DNA from: an uncultured Bacteroidota bacterium
GTDB lineage: Bacteria; Bacteroidota; Bacteroidia; Bacteroidales; DTGW01
Assembly (NCBI GenBank): GCA_963701015.1
Contig: OY969556.1
Coordinates: 3,628,424-3,692,423, forward strand
DNA length: 64,000 nucleotides
Direction: 5' to 3'
Both the position numbers and the translations under genes were made by a program. This document shows, one piece after another, positions 16,429-26,994 of the stretch. The notes beneath the pieces were generated by a model. It was not told the DNA's origin. It ran no database searches and saw only the letters and a program-made list of their open reading frames with translations. Each line of letters begins with the position of its first letter. Positions within the stretch are counted from its first letter, which is position 1.

Positions 16429-16959
16429 ATGTCAGGGAAACTAAAATCAATATTTAATCTGAAACTATTACTAATCACATGTTTAATGTGGACTTTTATT
16501 GGAAAATGTTTTAGCCAGGATGAAAAGTTTAAAGCGCTTTTCATTTATAATTTTACAAAATATATTGAATGGCCATCAATTCCATCGAATGATTTTAAAA
16601 TTGCTGTTCTTGGAAATACAACCCTATTAAAAGAATTAGAAGGTGTTGCATTAAAAATGAAAGTTGGACAACATCCCATAGTTGTTACTTCAGCAAATAC
16701 ATCAGCTGATATTAACGATTGCCAAATAGTTTTCATTTCGCAAAATAAAATTGCCCAACTTACCAACACGGTCACTTTAGCGAAAATTAAAAATATTCTT
16801 GTAATAACGGATTCTCCAAATTCATCCGAACATGGGTCGGCCATCAATTTTGTGTCAAAAAATGGCAGTCTTAAGTTTGAAATATCCAAATCAAATATTG
16901 AAAGTGAAGGACTGAAAGTAAATTCTAGTCTTTTATTATTAGGCATTGAAGTTAAATAG
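16429..16959 (+). CDS. YfiR-like periplasmic protein (DUF4154 family)
   Basis: 176 aa with a signal peptide. Pattern FKALFIYNFTKYIEWPS...FKIAVLG...ILVITD is typical of DUF4154/YfiR. Overlaps the start region of the downstream receptor gene. Confidence 0.6.
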   Translation: MSGKLKSIFNLKLLLITCLMWTFIGKCFSQDEKFKALFIYNFTKYIEWPSIPSNDFKIAVLGNTTLLKELEGVALKMKVGQHPIVVTSANTSADINDCQIVFISQNKIAQLTNTVTLAKIKNILVITDSPNSSEHGSAINFVSKNGSLKFEISKSNIESEGLKVNSSLLLLGIEVK

Positions 16960-16984
16960 TTTAATTTTTCTTAAAAATAATTTT

Positions 16985-19048
16985 ATGAACCGCTTGATAC
17001 TATTCTGTTTAATTGTTTCCCTTTTATCTGTAAATTATATAAGTATTTCTGCTCAGGAAAAGAAAAGTCAAATTGAATCGATGACAAGGGATGAAATTTT
17101 ACAAATGAGCACCGATCAGCTTTTAGCTTTACCATTTGAAGATTTACTTACATTGGCCAATAAACTAGGTGTTAGTATAGATGAATTACTAAAAATGCAA
17201 ACAGCAGTGGCATCAAAAACTGAATTAACTACACGCGAAACGCCAGGAATTGTTTCAATTGTTACATCTGAAGAAATTAGAAACTCAGGGGCACGCGATA
17301 TAATAGATGTATTAAAACTTGTTCCGGGATTCGATTTTGAATATGATGTGGATGGAGTGATTGGTGTAGGTTTTCGTGGAAGTTGGGTGCATGAAGGCAA
17401 AGCTCTTATATTATTAGACGGGCAAATGATGAATGATTTGGTTTATTATAATACCCCTTTTGGAAATCATTTTGATGTTACTCAAATTAAAAAAATTGAA
17501 ATTGTACGCGGCCCCGGTTCTGCAATTTATGGCGGAAATGCCGAATTGTGTGTAATTAACATTATTACAAAAAGTGGTAAGGATATAAATGGAGTTGCGG
17601 TTTCTGCAACTTATGGTCAGTTGCCCGATAATTTTGGCCGAATAAATGAAAGTGTAATGGCAGGTGCAAAAGAAGGTAAATGGGATTTTGCCTTAAAAAC
17701 TTTTATAGGTGATGCTAATAGAAGTAATAGTAAATACGCAACGAATCCAGATTCAGGTAACCAACCTTATATTCAGAATTTTGCGAAAAGTGGAAGTAAA
17801 ATTGAAACTCAAAATATAAACCTGTCTGCTAAAAGAGAAGATTTATCATTTCAATTTATTTATGATAATTATAATTCTCAAACATTAGCTGATACAGCAT
17901 TAACAATGAATAATTTTAAAAATATTGCTTCATCATTAAAATATGATATTAAAATCAACGATAAGTTTACGCTTACTCCACTTTTAAGCTACCAATACAG
18001 TCATCCATATAATGATACTAATCTTTCGTCGCGCGATTATGTTGTGCAACGCTATAAAGGAGGAATTTCAATGAATTATGATGCTTCAGCAAATATAAAT
18101 ATTATTGGAGGTGCTGAGTTTTATACTGATAATGGTAAAATTACTGACAATATTTTCGGTTCGCATAATTTACAACTAAACAACCTGGCCTTATATCTGC
18201 AAGGTTTATGGAAAGTAAATCACTTTAATATAGTTTTAGGAGGCCGGGCTGAAAATAATAATATATATGGAAGTGCTTTTGTACCTCGATTTGGTATTAC
18301 AAGGGTAATAAACAATTTTCACTTTAAAATCCTTGCAAGCGAAGCATTTCGTTCGCCATCAGTTGGTAATATTGATGTTAGTGATAATTTAAAAGTTGAA
18401 AAAACTACAGTTATAGAAGCGGAAGTTGGTTACAAAATTAATGACAATATGTTTATAACCGGCAATATATATGATATATCAATTAAAAATCCTATCGTTT
18501 ACTACGATGATGGTAACCAGTCAGCAATTCCGATAACAGACTGGGGTTATACAAATGCTTCAAAACAAGGTAGCGATGGTATTGAGCTAGAATATAGGTA
18601 CAAATATACTTGGGGATTTTCTACAATAAATTATTCATATTATACTGATAAATGGAAATCAATTCCTGATTATTATCAGGCTGAAGGGCACCCAAATGAT
18701 ATTCTCGGCTTTCCACAAAACAAATTAACTTTATTAAGTAGCTTTAATTTAAGCAATAATATCTATTTAACACCTTCATTTGTATATTCCAGCTCACGAT
18801 TTGGGTATATACAGGATGCAGAATGGAATACTGTAGTAAAGGAATATTCACCTTCATTTATTTTAAACCTCAACTTATCATTCAACAATGTGCTAACAAA
18901 AGGTTTAAATCTTGATTTGGGAGCTTTTAATATTTTAAATGACAAATCAGAATATATTCAGCCATATAATGGAGGATATCCACCTTATCCTGGCAGAGAA
19001 AGGGAAATAGTTGCACGTTTATCTTATAATTTTAAGTTAAATCAATAA
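16985..19048 (+). CDS. TonB-dependent outer-membrane receptor
   Basis: Probable ATG 16985 (MNRLILFCLIVSLLSV...; the track start at 16946 overlaps the upstream gene). Plug-like region (TTRETPGIVSIVTSEEIRNSGARDIIDVLKLVPG, IEIVRGPGSAIYGGNA) followed by a long beta-barrel region. Confidence 0.85.
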   Translation: MNRLILFCLIVSLLSVNYISISAQEKKSQIESMTRDEILQMSTDQLLALPFEDLLTLANKLGVSIDELLKMQTAVASKTELTTRETPGIVSIVTSEEIRNSGARDIIDVLKLVPGFDFEYDVDGVIGVGFRGSWVHEGKALILLDGQMMNDLVYYNTPFGNHFDVTQIKKIEIVRGPGSAIYGGNAELCVINIITKSGKDINGVAVSATYGQLPDNFGRINESVMAGAKEGKWDFALKTFIGDANRSNSKYATNPDSGNQPYIQNFAKSGSKIETQNINLSAKREDLSFQFIYDNYNSQTLADTALTMNNFKNIASSLKYDIKINDKFTLTPLLSYQYSHPYNDTNLSSRDYVVQRYKGGISMNYDASANINIIGGAEFYTDNGKITDNIFGSHNLQLNNLALYLQGLWKVNHFNIVLGGRAENNNIYGSAFVPRFGITRVINNFHFKILASEAFRSPSVGNIDVSDNLKVEKTTVIEAEVGYKINDNMFITGNIYDISIKNPIVYYDDGNQSAIPITDWGYTNASKQGSDGIELEYRYKYTWGFSTINYSYYTDKWKSIPDYYQAEGHPNDILGFPQNKLTLLSSFNLSNNIYLTPSFVYSSSRFGYIQDAEWNTVVKEYSPSFILNLNLSFNNVLTKGLNLDLGAFNILNDKSEYIQPYNGGYPPYPGREREIVARLSYNFKLNQ

Positions 19049-19107
19049 TATTATAAAACTATTGATATTTGCCTATTTTTATCTTATAATTCTGGCAAAA
19101 TATAATC

Positions 19108-20769
19108 TTATTTCAAAAGTTGAATTATAGGTTTTCCCTGGCAAGCATTTGGATTAGCAATATCAAGGAACATAGATATCGTTGGGGCAATATCCGTCAT
19201 ATCTATAGGTTCGTAAATTGTTTGCCTTGCAATTCGCCAGCCATAAAATATTAGCGGCACATGTGTATCATAACTATATCCAGAATTATGACCGGTTGAC
19301 GAATCGTTATATTCTGTCCAGCCTGGTTCGAGGTTAATTAATATATCGCCCGAACGTTTCTGGTTATAACTATTTTGCATTTTCTGAAATATACCGCTCG
19401 AATAGTTTGTGTTTTGCAACATACTTGATGTTACTACATTGGTAACACCCGAAAACTGAAGTATAAACTGGGCAACATCATTCTGGAAATTTTCAAGTGA
19501 TAGTTTTGAATCCTGAATTAATGTGTGGTTTAAAAACAATTGCTGTTTACTGTAATATTTAACCCAGTCGCCTTTTCCATAAGTAACATTCAAATAACTT
19601 TTTAATAATGCTACCATTTGTCCCTGATTGAAATATCCTGCAGGAATCCCCAAATCGTTCATATATTTGGGGCTATATACAGCACCATGATTTGATGTAA
19701 GGTAAACCAACATATTCCCTTTACCAATATAACTGTCCAAAAAATCTAACAAATGCTCAATTTCTTTGTCCAATCTTAGGTAAGCATCTTCCATTTCAAT
19801 AGAGGATAAACCGAAAGCCTGACTAATATATTCAGTTGAAGCAAAATCAACACATAAATAATCGGTATAATTACCTTTCCCCAACTTTTGGTTCACTATA
19901 GTATAAATAGCAAAATCCTTTGTAATGTTATTCCCAAAAGGTGTGTATTTTAATAAATTATAATCACGTTTCCCATCTATTTTAAGTGACATAACTCCTA
20001 AATCGTAAGGAAATGTTTTCTGATCTTTCAAGCCTTCTTCATAACGGTTGTTATCCGGAAGGCAATCATTATAAAGACTATCGGGTAATAATTTTGTCCA
20101 TTTTTCAGTTGTATAAGTTGCTGCAAGTTTTTTATCATTGAATTCCTTTACCCACGATGGTAATTCTTTTATATAAGCCGAACTGGTAACAAAACCACCG
20201 GTATTTGTGTCGAACCAATAAGCACCATCGGCAATATGTCCGGCCGATAATATAGCAGAACTTGCATCAAGGCTGATTGCATAAACCTTCGACATTTTAT
20301 AAGTAGCTAGTTTTAATTCATCACCTAAAGTTGAACCTAATAATTTAGAAGCTGAATATTTGCCACAATCGGAATTTGGATCACCATCAAGGCATTGAAC
20401 AGTATCGTCATCAACACAATTTACAATTTTGTCTGACAGACTAATATACCATTTGTCTGAAACAATACCATGAACGGAAGGATTTGCACCGGTTGAAATG
20501 GTTGCAAAACCACAATTCGACTGTGTATTGAAGTAATTGAAATTTGCATTTTTACAAAAACTACCTTCGTTAACCAATCGTTTAAAACCATTATTGCCAT
20601 ATTTGTTCCAATACTTCATAAGATAATCGTAACGCATTTGGTCAATTACAATACCTATAACAAGTTTTGGTTTTTCCGAAGGAATTTGTGAATAATTTTG
20701 TGAGAAGGAAGAAATATTAAAAAGACTAAAACAGAAAATAATGGAAAATATCTTTAAGTTTAACTTCAT
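19108..20769 (-). CDS. PafA-like alkaline phosphatase / nucleotide pyrophosphatase-phosphodiesterase family protein
   Basis: Probable ATG 20769 (MKLNLKIFSII..., signal peptide). KPKLVIGIVIDQMRYDYL and GHNSGYSYDTHVPLIFYG resemble the alkaline-phosphatase superfamily metal and catalytic regions. Confidence 0.75.
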   Translation of the reverse strand: MKLNLKIFSIIFCFSLFNISSFSQNYSQIPSEKPKLVIGIVIDQMRYDYLMKYWNKYGNNGFKRLVNEGSFCKNANFNYFNTQSNCGFATISTGANPSVHGIVSDKWYISLSDKIVNCVDDDTVQCLDGDPNSDCGKYSASKLLGSTLGDELKLATYKMSKVYAISLDASSAILSAGHIADGAYWFDTNTGGFVTSSAYIKELPSWVKEFNDKKLAATYTTEKWTKLLPDSLYNDCLPDNNRYEEGLKDQKTFPYDLGVMSLKIDGKRDYNLLKYTPFGNNITKDFAIYTIVNQKLGKGNYTDYLCVDFASTEYISQAFGLSSIEMEDAYLRLDKEIEHLLDFLDSYIGKGNMLVYLTSNHGAVYSPKYMNDLGIPAGYFNQGQMVALLKSYLNVTYGKGDWVKYYSKQQLFLNHTLIQDSKLSLENFQNDVAQFILQFSGVTNVVTSSMLQNTNYSSGIFQKMQNSYNQKRSGDILINLEPGWTEYNDSSTGHNSGYSYDTHVPLIFYGWRIARQTIYEPIDMTDIAPTISMFLDIANPNACQGKPIIQLLK

Positions 20770-20890
20770 TACAGTCATCATCAATTTGCATTTTGGCAAA
20801 TATAGAAATGATTTTGAAATTAAACTGTTTACTTAATACGACAGTAATAGAGTTTTTAGTAAATTTAAATTATGTTTTTGCATTATTTAA

Positions 20891-21896
20891 TTAGCTTTTC
20901 AATGGTTTCATTTCCCTGAAATATTTCATAAACTGAACCCTTTCAAAAGCTGCGGCATTATTCGATTGTGCCTGGCTTAATTTTCCCTTAAAATCATTAA
21001 TTGTTTTAAATTCCTTATCGGTCCATCCATTCCGTAAGGTCTTTCAACATGGTTGCGATTGCAATTGGCCCTTGTTTATAAATTGCTGAAGTAACCTGCA
21101 CAGCATCAGCTCCGGCAAGTAATTGTTTAATCACAGCTTTTCCATCGTGAATGCCGGTTGAAGCAGCTAAACTACATTTTACACGTTGTGCCATAATAGC
21201 AATCCAACGTAACGAAATACCAATATCACCGGGAGAACTTAGCACAAAACCAGTAGTAGTTTCCAAAGTTTCTATGTCGAAATCGGGAGAATAAAATCGA
21301 TTAAATAAAACTAACCCATTTATACCACTTTCCGATAATTTTTTTAGCATTGCACCTAAGTTTGAAAAGTAATAGCTGACCTTTACTGAAATTGGAATTT
21401 TTATGTTCTTTCTAACATCGTTAATAATATCAAAATACATTTTTTCGTTATCCGATGCAGAATGGTTTAAATCAGAGGGCAAAATAAATAAGTTTAGTTC
21501 AAGTGCATCGGCTCCTGCTGCTTCAATTCGTTTTGGGAAATAAGTCCATTGACCAACCGATAAACAATTGATACTAGCAAAAACCGGAATTTTTAATTCT
21601 TTTTTGGCATCTGAAATAAGTTGTAAATATTCATCAGGCGATTCTTTTGGGGCATCAAGGTATTCATAATAATCAACAGTTTCGGGATACATGAACAAAT
21701 CGGAATTCATTTTTGTGAAATTTGTTTCCAATTCCTGTAAAATTTCTTCCTCAAAAAGTGATTTTAAAACAACTGCCCCGGCTCCAAATTTTTCAATATT
21801 TCTTAAACTGTCAAGATTATCTGTAAGTCCACTGCTTCCAGCAATAATTGGATTTTTGAGCTTTAGCCCCAAATAATTTGTACTTAAATCAGCCAT
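20891..21896 (-). pseudogene. Dihydroorotate dehydrogenase-like (PyrD family) TIM-barrel protein, C-terminus displaced by an apparent 1-nt insertion near 21017
   Basis: The main frame ends ...LTEWMDR* at 21015-21017. The next frame continues directly as KEFKTINDFKGKLSQAQSNNAAAFERVQFMKYFREMKPLKS* to 20891, restoring a typical ~334-aa length. Confidence 0.75.
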
Positions 21897-22007
21897 ATGA
21901 TTTTTAAATTTAATTCAATATTATATAAAGATAACAATTTAACGCCATTCTGGTTTAGCTTTCAAAGAATTTTATAATTTCGTGCTCTGTTGTTTTAACA
22001 TTTATCA

Positions 22008-24662
22008 ATGATGAAAAATTTTATTCCGGTTATAATAATTATTACAATTGTTTTTTCGTGTAATACTCATAAAAATTTTGAAAATATTCCCGTTCAACTC
22101 ACCTGCGAATCAGATACAAACACAATGGGTATTGAAATTCCTAATCCGGCTTTTGGATGGCAGTTATCTGATACTTCTAATGGAGTTGTCCAAGGTGCTT
22201 ACCAGATATTAGTGGCTTCAAATGAAAACCTGTTAGACGAGCAAAAAGCTGATTTATGGAATTCGGGAAAAATTGTTTCAGGAAATTCTCAATTTGTTTT
22301 TTATTCCGGGAAACCTTTGGAACCCATGAAACAATATTTTTGGAAAGTTCAGGTTTGGGATACCACCGGAAAATTATCAGGATACAGTAAACCAAGCTGG
22401 TTCGAAACAGGATTAATGAACAGCAAATGGAAAGCTTCCTGGATTAAACCTTCGGAAAATTTAAAAGAAAATTACTCAGTTTTATACAGACATGAATTTT
22501 CGACAAATAAAAAAATAAATAAAGCCACTGTATATGCATCTGGTGTTGGTTCATACGTTATATACATTAACGGAAAACGATTAAGAACAGAACATTTGGC
22601 ACCTGGTTATACAGTTTTTGATAAGCAAGTATTATATCAAATATACGATGCCACAAGTTATTTGAATGAAGCCGAAAATGCCATAGGTTCTATTGTATCA
22701 AATTTTTGGAACAATCTTGAAAATTCGAACTTAGCTGCCAGTCTTCAGTTTATTATGCAAATGAAAATTGAATATACCGATGGTAGTATATCATGGATTT
22801 GCACAGATAAATCATGGAAATCAGGCATCTCTCCGGTTGTTAAATGTGATTACGATAATGGCGAAATATTTAATGCAACTTTATATTCCGAAAATTGGTG
22901 CAAACCAAAATTCAACGATAAAAAGTGGCTCCCAGTATCAATTTCAAAAAATAAAATAAAATTAACTCATTCCTTTTTAAAACCAATTGAGGTAATGGAG
23001 AATATCAGCCCTTTGAAAATTTTAAAAAAAGATGGGAATATATATCTATTTGATTTTGGTCAGGAAATGTGCGGATGGATTAGCCTTCAGGAAAAATTTA
23101 AAAAAGGAACTGAAATAAAAATCAAATATATTTCGGAAAATCAGATAAATACTATTAAAGATTTTGCTACTGATGAATTTATATCAGATGGGAAACTGTC
23201 AATATGGGAACCTGAATTTGCCTATCATAAATTCCGTTATGTTGAAATTTCTGGTCTTGATTCAAAACCTTCAGAAAAAACAATAATTGCAAAATTGGCC
23301 TATCCCGCCATTAATGTTACCGGACAATTTTCATGTTCAAATAAATTTTTAAATAAAATAAATGAAGTTATTGAACATACAGGCCGAAATAATTTAGCAA
23401 CAATGTTAACTTCCCTTCCTGAAACTACGTCACGAACAGCATCCCCGGTAAATGCACAGGCTTATGCAGCTTATGCATTATACCATTATAAAATGGGCAT
23501 AGCTTTTGAAAAATATACAAATGATTTGAAAGATTTACAAGGAAAATCAGGTCGTTTGAACCTGCTTCAAAATAATGCAAAATGTACAAATTCTCCAGGT
23601 TGGGGTGAAGTAATTTTGGTTGTTCCCTGGAAAACCTATTTATTTACAGGCGATAGAAGAGTTTTAGAAATTAATTATTTAGCTATGAAAGCTTGGCATA
23701 GTTCACAGCAACACGAAAGTGATGCACAATCACCTCCATATATGCATAATGTTGAAGGATTAGGTGATTTATTTGCACTCGATAGTACATCTACAAAACC
23801 AATTGGTTCAGCATATTATTATTATGCTTCAACATTAATGAACAAAATTACGGATGCAATGGGCAATCCTGACGATGCAACTTCATATATGGAATTGGCT
23901 GGTTTTACGAAAGACCAATATAACCAAAGTTATTTAACTTATCATACATCGCGTTATTGGGCAAAAACCGAAACCGCTCATATAATACCTATGGCTGTTG
24001 GATTAACACCATTATCCTATGTTCAGAAAATAACCCGGTTCATTGCTTCTGATATTCATAAAAGAAATGACCATTCATCCACTGGTGTGCTTTCTACCCA
24101 ATTTTTATTGCCATTGCTCAGTGAAAACGATGAAAATGAACTTGCTTATAAATTAATTTCACAAACTACCAAACCTTCATTGGGGTATGAAGTTAAAAAC
24201 GGTGCCACTGAAATTTGGGGATCGTGGGATAAGAATATTGACTCGCCCTACCAGCTCGCATTTGCTTCGGAAGGAGAATGGTTGTATGCGTATTTAGTTG
24301 GTATCAATCCTGATGCAAAATATCCTGGATTCAAGCATAATATAATTCAACCAAATCCGGTTAAAGATTTGAAATGGGCCGAAGCTTCGATAAATACAGA
24401 ATATGGACTTTTAAAAGTAAAATGGGAAAAATTAGCTGAAGTTTTAACTCTAAGCATAATAATCCCGGCTAATACATCCTCAACAATATTGATTCCAGTT
24501 GAAAATTCAAAAACAGCTGATATTATTTTTAATAATTTTGAAATAGTGAAAAAAGGTAAAAAGACCAGTCAGTGTCCAAGTTACATAAAATTCAGGGGAT
24601 TTAATGCAAAAATGGCAGTCTTTGAGGTTGGGAGCGGGAAATATAAATTTATTGCAAAATAA
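22008..24662 (+). CDS. Alpha-L-rhamnosidase (GH78) lipoprotein
   Basis: 884 aa with lipobox VFSC. N-terminal rhamnosidase pattern (AYQILVASNENLL...LWNSGKIVSGNSQFVFYSGKPLEPMKQYFWKVQVWD) and length fit GH78. Confidence 0.8.
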   Translation: MMKNFIPVIIIITIVFSCNTHKNFENIPVQLTCESDTNTMGIEIPNPAFGWQLSDTSNGVVQGAYQILVASNENLLDEQKADLWNSGKIVSGNSQFVFYSGKPLEPMKQYFWKVQVWDTTGKLSGYSKPSWFETGLMNSKWKASWIKPSENLKENYSVLYRHEFSTNKKINKATVYASGVGSYVIYINGKRLRTEHLAPGYTVFDKQVLYQIYDATSYLNEAENAIGSIVSNFWNNLENSNLAASLQFIMQMKIEYTDGSISWICTDKSWKSGISPVVKCDYDNGEIFNATLYSENWCKPKFNDKKWLPVSISKNKIKLTHSFLKPIEVMENISPLKILKKDGNIYLFDFGQEMCGWISLQEKFKKGTEIKIKYISENQINTIKDFATDEFISDGKLSIWEPEFAYHKFRYVEISGLDSKPSEKTIIAKLAYPAINVTGQFSCSNKFLNKINEVIEHTGRNNLATMLTSLPETTSRTASPVNAQAYAAYALYHYKMGIAFEKYTNDLKDLQGKSGRLNLLQNNAKCTNSPGWGEVILVVPWKTYLFTGDRRVLEINYLAMKAWHSSQQHESDAQSPPYMHNVEGLGDLFALDSTSTKPIGSAYYYYASTLMNKITDAMGNPDDATSYMELAGFTKDQYNQSYLTYHTSRYWAKTETAHIIPMAVGLTPLSYVQKITRFIASDIHKRNDHSSTGVLSTQFLLPLLSENDENELAYKLISQTTKPSLGYEVKNGATEIWGSWDKNIDSPYQLAFASEGEWLYAYLVGINPDAKYPGFKHNIIQPNPVKDLKWAEASINTEYGLLKVKWEKLAEVLTLSIIIPANTSSTILIPVENSKTADIIFNNFEIVKKGKKTSQCPSYIKFRGFNAKMAVFEVGSGKYKFIAK

Positions 24663-24734
24663 CATCTGATTAACTCAATATTATTTTTAGAAAATTAACT
24701 TTGTAACTATATATTTTTTATAAAAAATCATGCA

Positions 24735-25787
24735 ATGTTTAAAAGATCTATTTCTATAATTATTATAATTATTACTTTGTTCGTCCATGCATTTGGTACA
24801 AATAATGTTCCTGAACCAGCTTATCACGCTAAAAAAGCTTTAACACCTCCTGTAATTGATGGTTTGCCAAACGATTTGTGTTGGACTTTGGTAGATTGGG
24901 CTCCAATTGATCAGGTTTGGCTTGGCAGTGCAACAACTGCGGATGATTTCACTGGTTCATTTAAAGTAGTTTGGACACAGGACAGGCTTTATGTATTAAT
25001 GAAATTTACGCGGGAAATGATAAACGACCATTATCCATCAAATAATATGGGTGATATTTATGATTATGATTGTGCCGAAATTTTTATAGATGAAGATCAT
25101 TCCGGAGGTTTATATTCACTCCAAAACACTTCAAACTGTTTCAATGCATTTGGATATCATATGACAATCCGTGATAGTGTTTATGATTTTGGGAATAAAG
25201 CCCAGGGTTGGTATTGCTATAACCAGGATATTAAGCTTGCAGTAGATAGCAGCGCTGGAAATCATACTTATTATTGGGAAGTTGAAATGAAATTGTTTGC
25301 AAATAATTATGTTTATTTGGGAAATAACACTCCCGTTACATTAACTGCCGGTAAAACTATGGGCTTCTCTACTGCTTATAATATTAATGATGGCGGTACT
25401 ACACGCAAAGCAATGTTTGGTTCGCATTATATTTCCGGATCGGATAAAAATATCAGCTATTATAATGCTTCTGCATTAGGAGTATTAATTTTAGACGGCG
25501 ATTCTGTTTCAACCTCTAATATTAATACAAGTTCAGTTGGTAATTTTAGTTGCTATCCAAATCCGGTAAAAGGAATTTTACATATTAATTTAACAGGAAT
25601 ATCAACCGGGCAAACTAATATTCAGTTATATGATATAACAGGCAAAAATATTAAGTCAACCGAAATCGAAAATAAAGGTTCAATATTAAATTATAATTTG
25701 AATTTATCGTCACTTCAACAAGGAATATATTTTATTCGATTAACCAATGACCAACAGAATTATATACAAAAATTAATTGTACAATAA
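24735..25787 (+). CDS. CBM9/DOMON-like sugar-binding protein with T9SS C-terminal sorting domain
   Basis: 350 aa with a signal peptide. KALTPPVIDGLPNDLCW...DRLYVLMKF...CAEIFIDEDHSGG is CBM9-like. C-terminal ...YPNPVKGILHINL...GIYFIRLTNDQQNYIQKLIVQ is a type A T9SS CTD. Confidence 0.65.
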   Translation: MFKRSISIIIIIITLFVHAFGTNNVPEPAYHAKKALTPPVIDGLPNDLCWTLVDWAPIDQVWLGSATTADDFTGSFKVVWTQDRLYVLMKFTREMINDHYPSNNMGDIYDYDCAEIFIDEDHSGGLYSLQNTSNCFNAFGYHMTIRDSVYDFGNKAQGWYCYNQDIKLAVDSSAGNHTYYWEVEMKLFANNYVYLGNNTPVTLTAGKTMGFSTAYNINDGGTTRKAMFGSHYISGSDKNISYYNASALGVLILDGDSVSTSNINTSSVGNFSCYPNPVKGILHINLTGISTGQTNIQLYDITGKNIKSTEIENKGSILNYNLNLSSLQQGIYFIRLTNDQQNYIQKLIVQ

Positions 25788-25795
25788 CAAATTGG

Positions 25796-26353
25796 TTATA
25801 ACCATGAAATTATAAATTCTGTAATATTTTGATTTTTAGCTAATGATTTAGTTATTTCAACTTTTACACTTTTGCAACCCGATTTTTCGAGAGCCCTTTC
25901 CATCCAGCCTGCAATATTATGCTCAACAATTTCTTCAGGTTCAGGAAATTTTGTGATATGTAAAACCAAACCATTTTTTGAAGCATTTAAAACAACAATT
26001 TCTGAGGGTTGAAAATAAGTAGTAAAAACCCTTCCGGCACGTTCCATAATATATTTTGGAGAACCTAACTGGATAAAAAATTTATAAACGCCGGTCAAAG
26101 CCAAATCAGCACTAAAACGACCCATTGTACGCGCTGTTTGAATATCATCACCATTATAAAACACTTTACTTATGGTTTTCATTGGGATAACCAAACTATC
26201 CTGAATTGGATACCAATTATTTGTAAATATTAAGCCGCCCATTATTTTTTTTGAACTTTCCGGTAAAGCATCCAACCATTCTTTGTATTTTAGAGGGAAT
26301 TGTTTTTGAACAAATTCAGGAATTGATTTTACTGCAGTACCTTTAATTTCCAT
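25796..26353 (-). CDS. Uncharacterised 185-aa protein, tandem paralog A (resembles the DUF2378 / H-NOX-associated-like fold family)
   Basis: Clean ORF. The C-terminal pattern RAGRVFTTYFQPSE...HITKFPEP...IAGWMERALEKSGCKSVKVEITKS...EFIISW recalls DUF2378 as I remember it; not verified by search. Confidence 0.4.
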   Translation of the reverse strand: MEIKGTAVKSIPEFVQKQFPLKYKEWLDALPESSKKIMGGLIFTNNWYPIQDSLVIPMKTISKVFYNGDDIQTARTMGRFSADLALTGVYKFFIQLGSPKYIMERAGRVFTTYFQPSEIVVLNASKNGLVLHITKFPEPEEIVEHNIAGWMERALEKSGCKSVKVEITKSLAKNQNITEFIISWL

Positions 26354-26430
26354 AATTACAAATGCTTTAAATTTGAAATTCTTTGAAAATTAAAATTACA
26401 ACATAAAAGTATAAATGCGCATAAACTTTA

Positions 26431-26994
26431 TTACACATTTATCCATGAAATTATAAATTCAGTAATATTATCACTTTTTGCAAGTGATTTTGTAATTTCA
26501 ATTTTTATATTCTTACAACCTGATTTTTCAAGAGCAAGTTCCATCCAACCGGCAATATCATATTCAATAATTTTATCGGGTTCAGGAAATTTAGTAATAT
26601 GAAATATCAGGCCGTTTTTTGAAACATTTAAAACTGCTACCTCTGAAGGTTGAAAATAAGTTGTAAAAACCCTTCCAGCCCTTTCAATAATATATCGGGG
26701 GGAACCAAATTGGATGAAAAATTTATATATTCCTGATAAAGCCGATTCGGCATGAAACCTACCCATCAATTTTGCTGTCTTTTCATCATCGCCAGAATAA
26801 TAAACTTTGCTAATTGTTTTCATAGGAATTACCAACCCATCATTTAATTGATACCAATTGTTGGAAAAAATTACTCCCTTGAAAAGTTTTCGAGAAATTT
26901 CAGGAAGTTCCTCCAACCATTCATTTTGCCGGATTGGGAAATTTTTTTGTACAAATTCAGGTATAGATTTTAATGCAATCCCTTTAATTTCCAT
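26431..26994 (-). CDS. Uncharacterised 187-aa protein, tandem paralog B of 25796..26353
   Basis: Collinear with paralog A and shares long identical runs (MEIKG, KSIPEFVQK, LVIPMKTISKV, ERAGRVFTTYFQPSE, HITKFPEP, NITEFIISW). Confidence 0.4.
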   Translation of the reverse strand: MEIKGIALKSIPEFVQKNFPIRQNEWLEELPEISRKLFKGVIFSNNWYQLNDGLVIPMKTISKVYYSGDDEKTAKLMGRFHAESALSGIYKFFIQFGSPRYIIERAGRVFTTYFQPSEVAVLNVSKNGLIFHITKFPEPDKIIEYDIAGWMELALEKSGCKNIKIEITKSLAKSDNITEFIISWINV

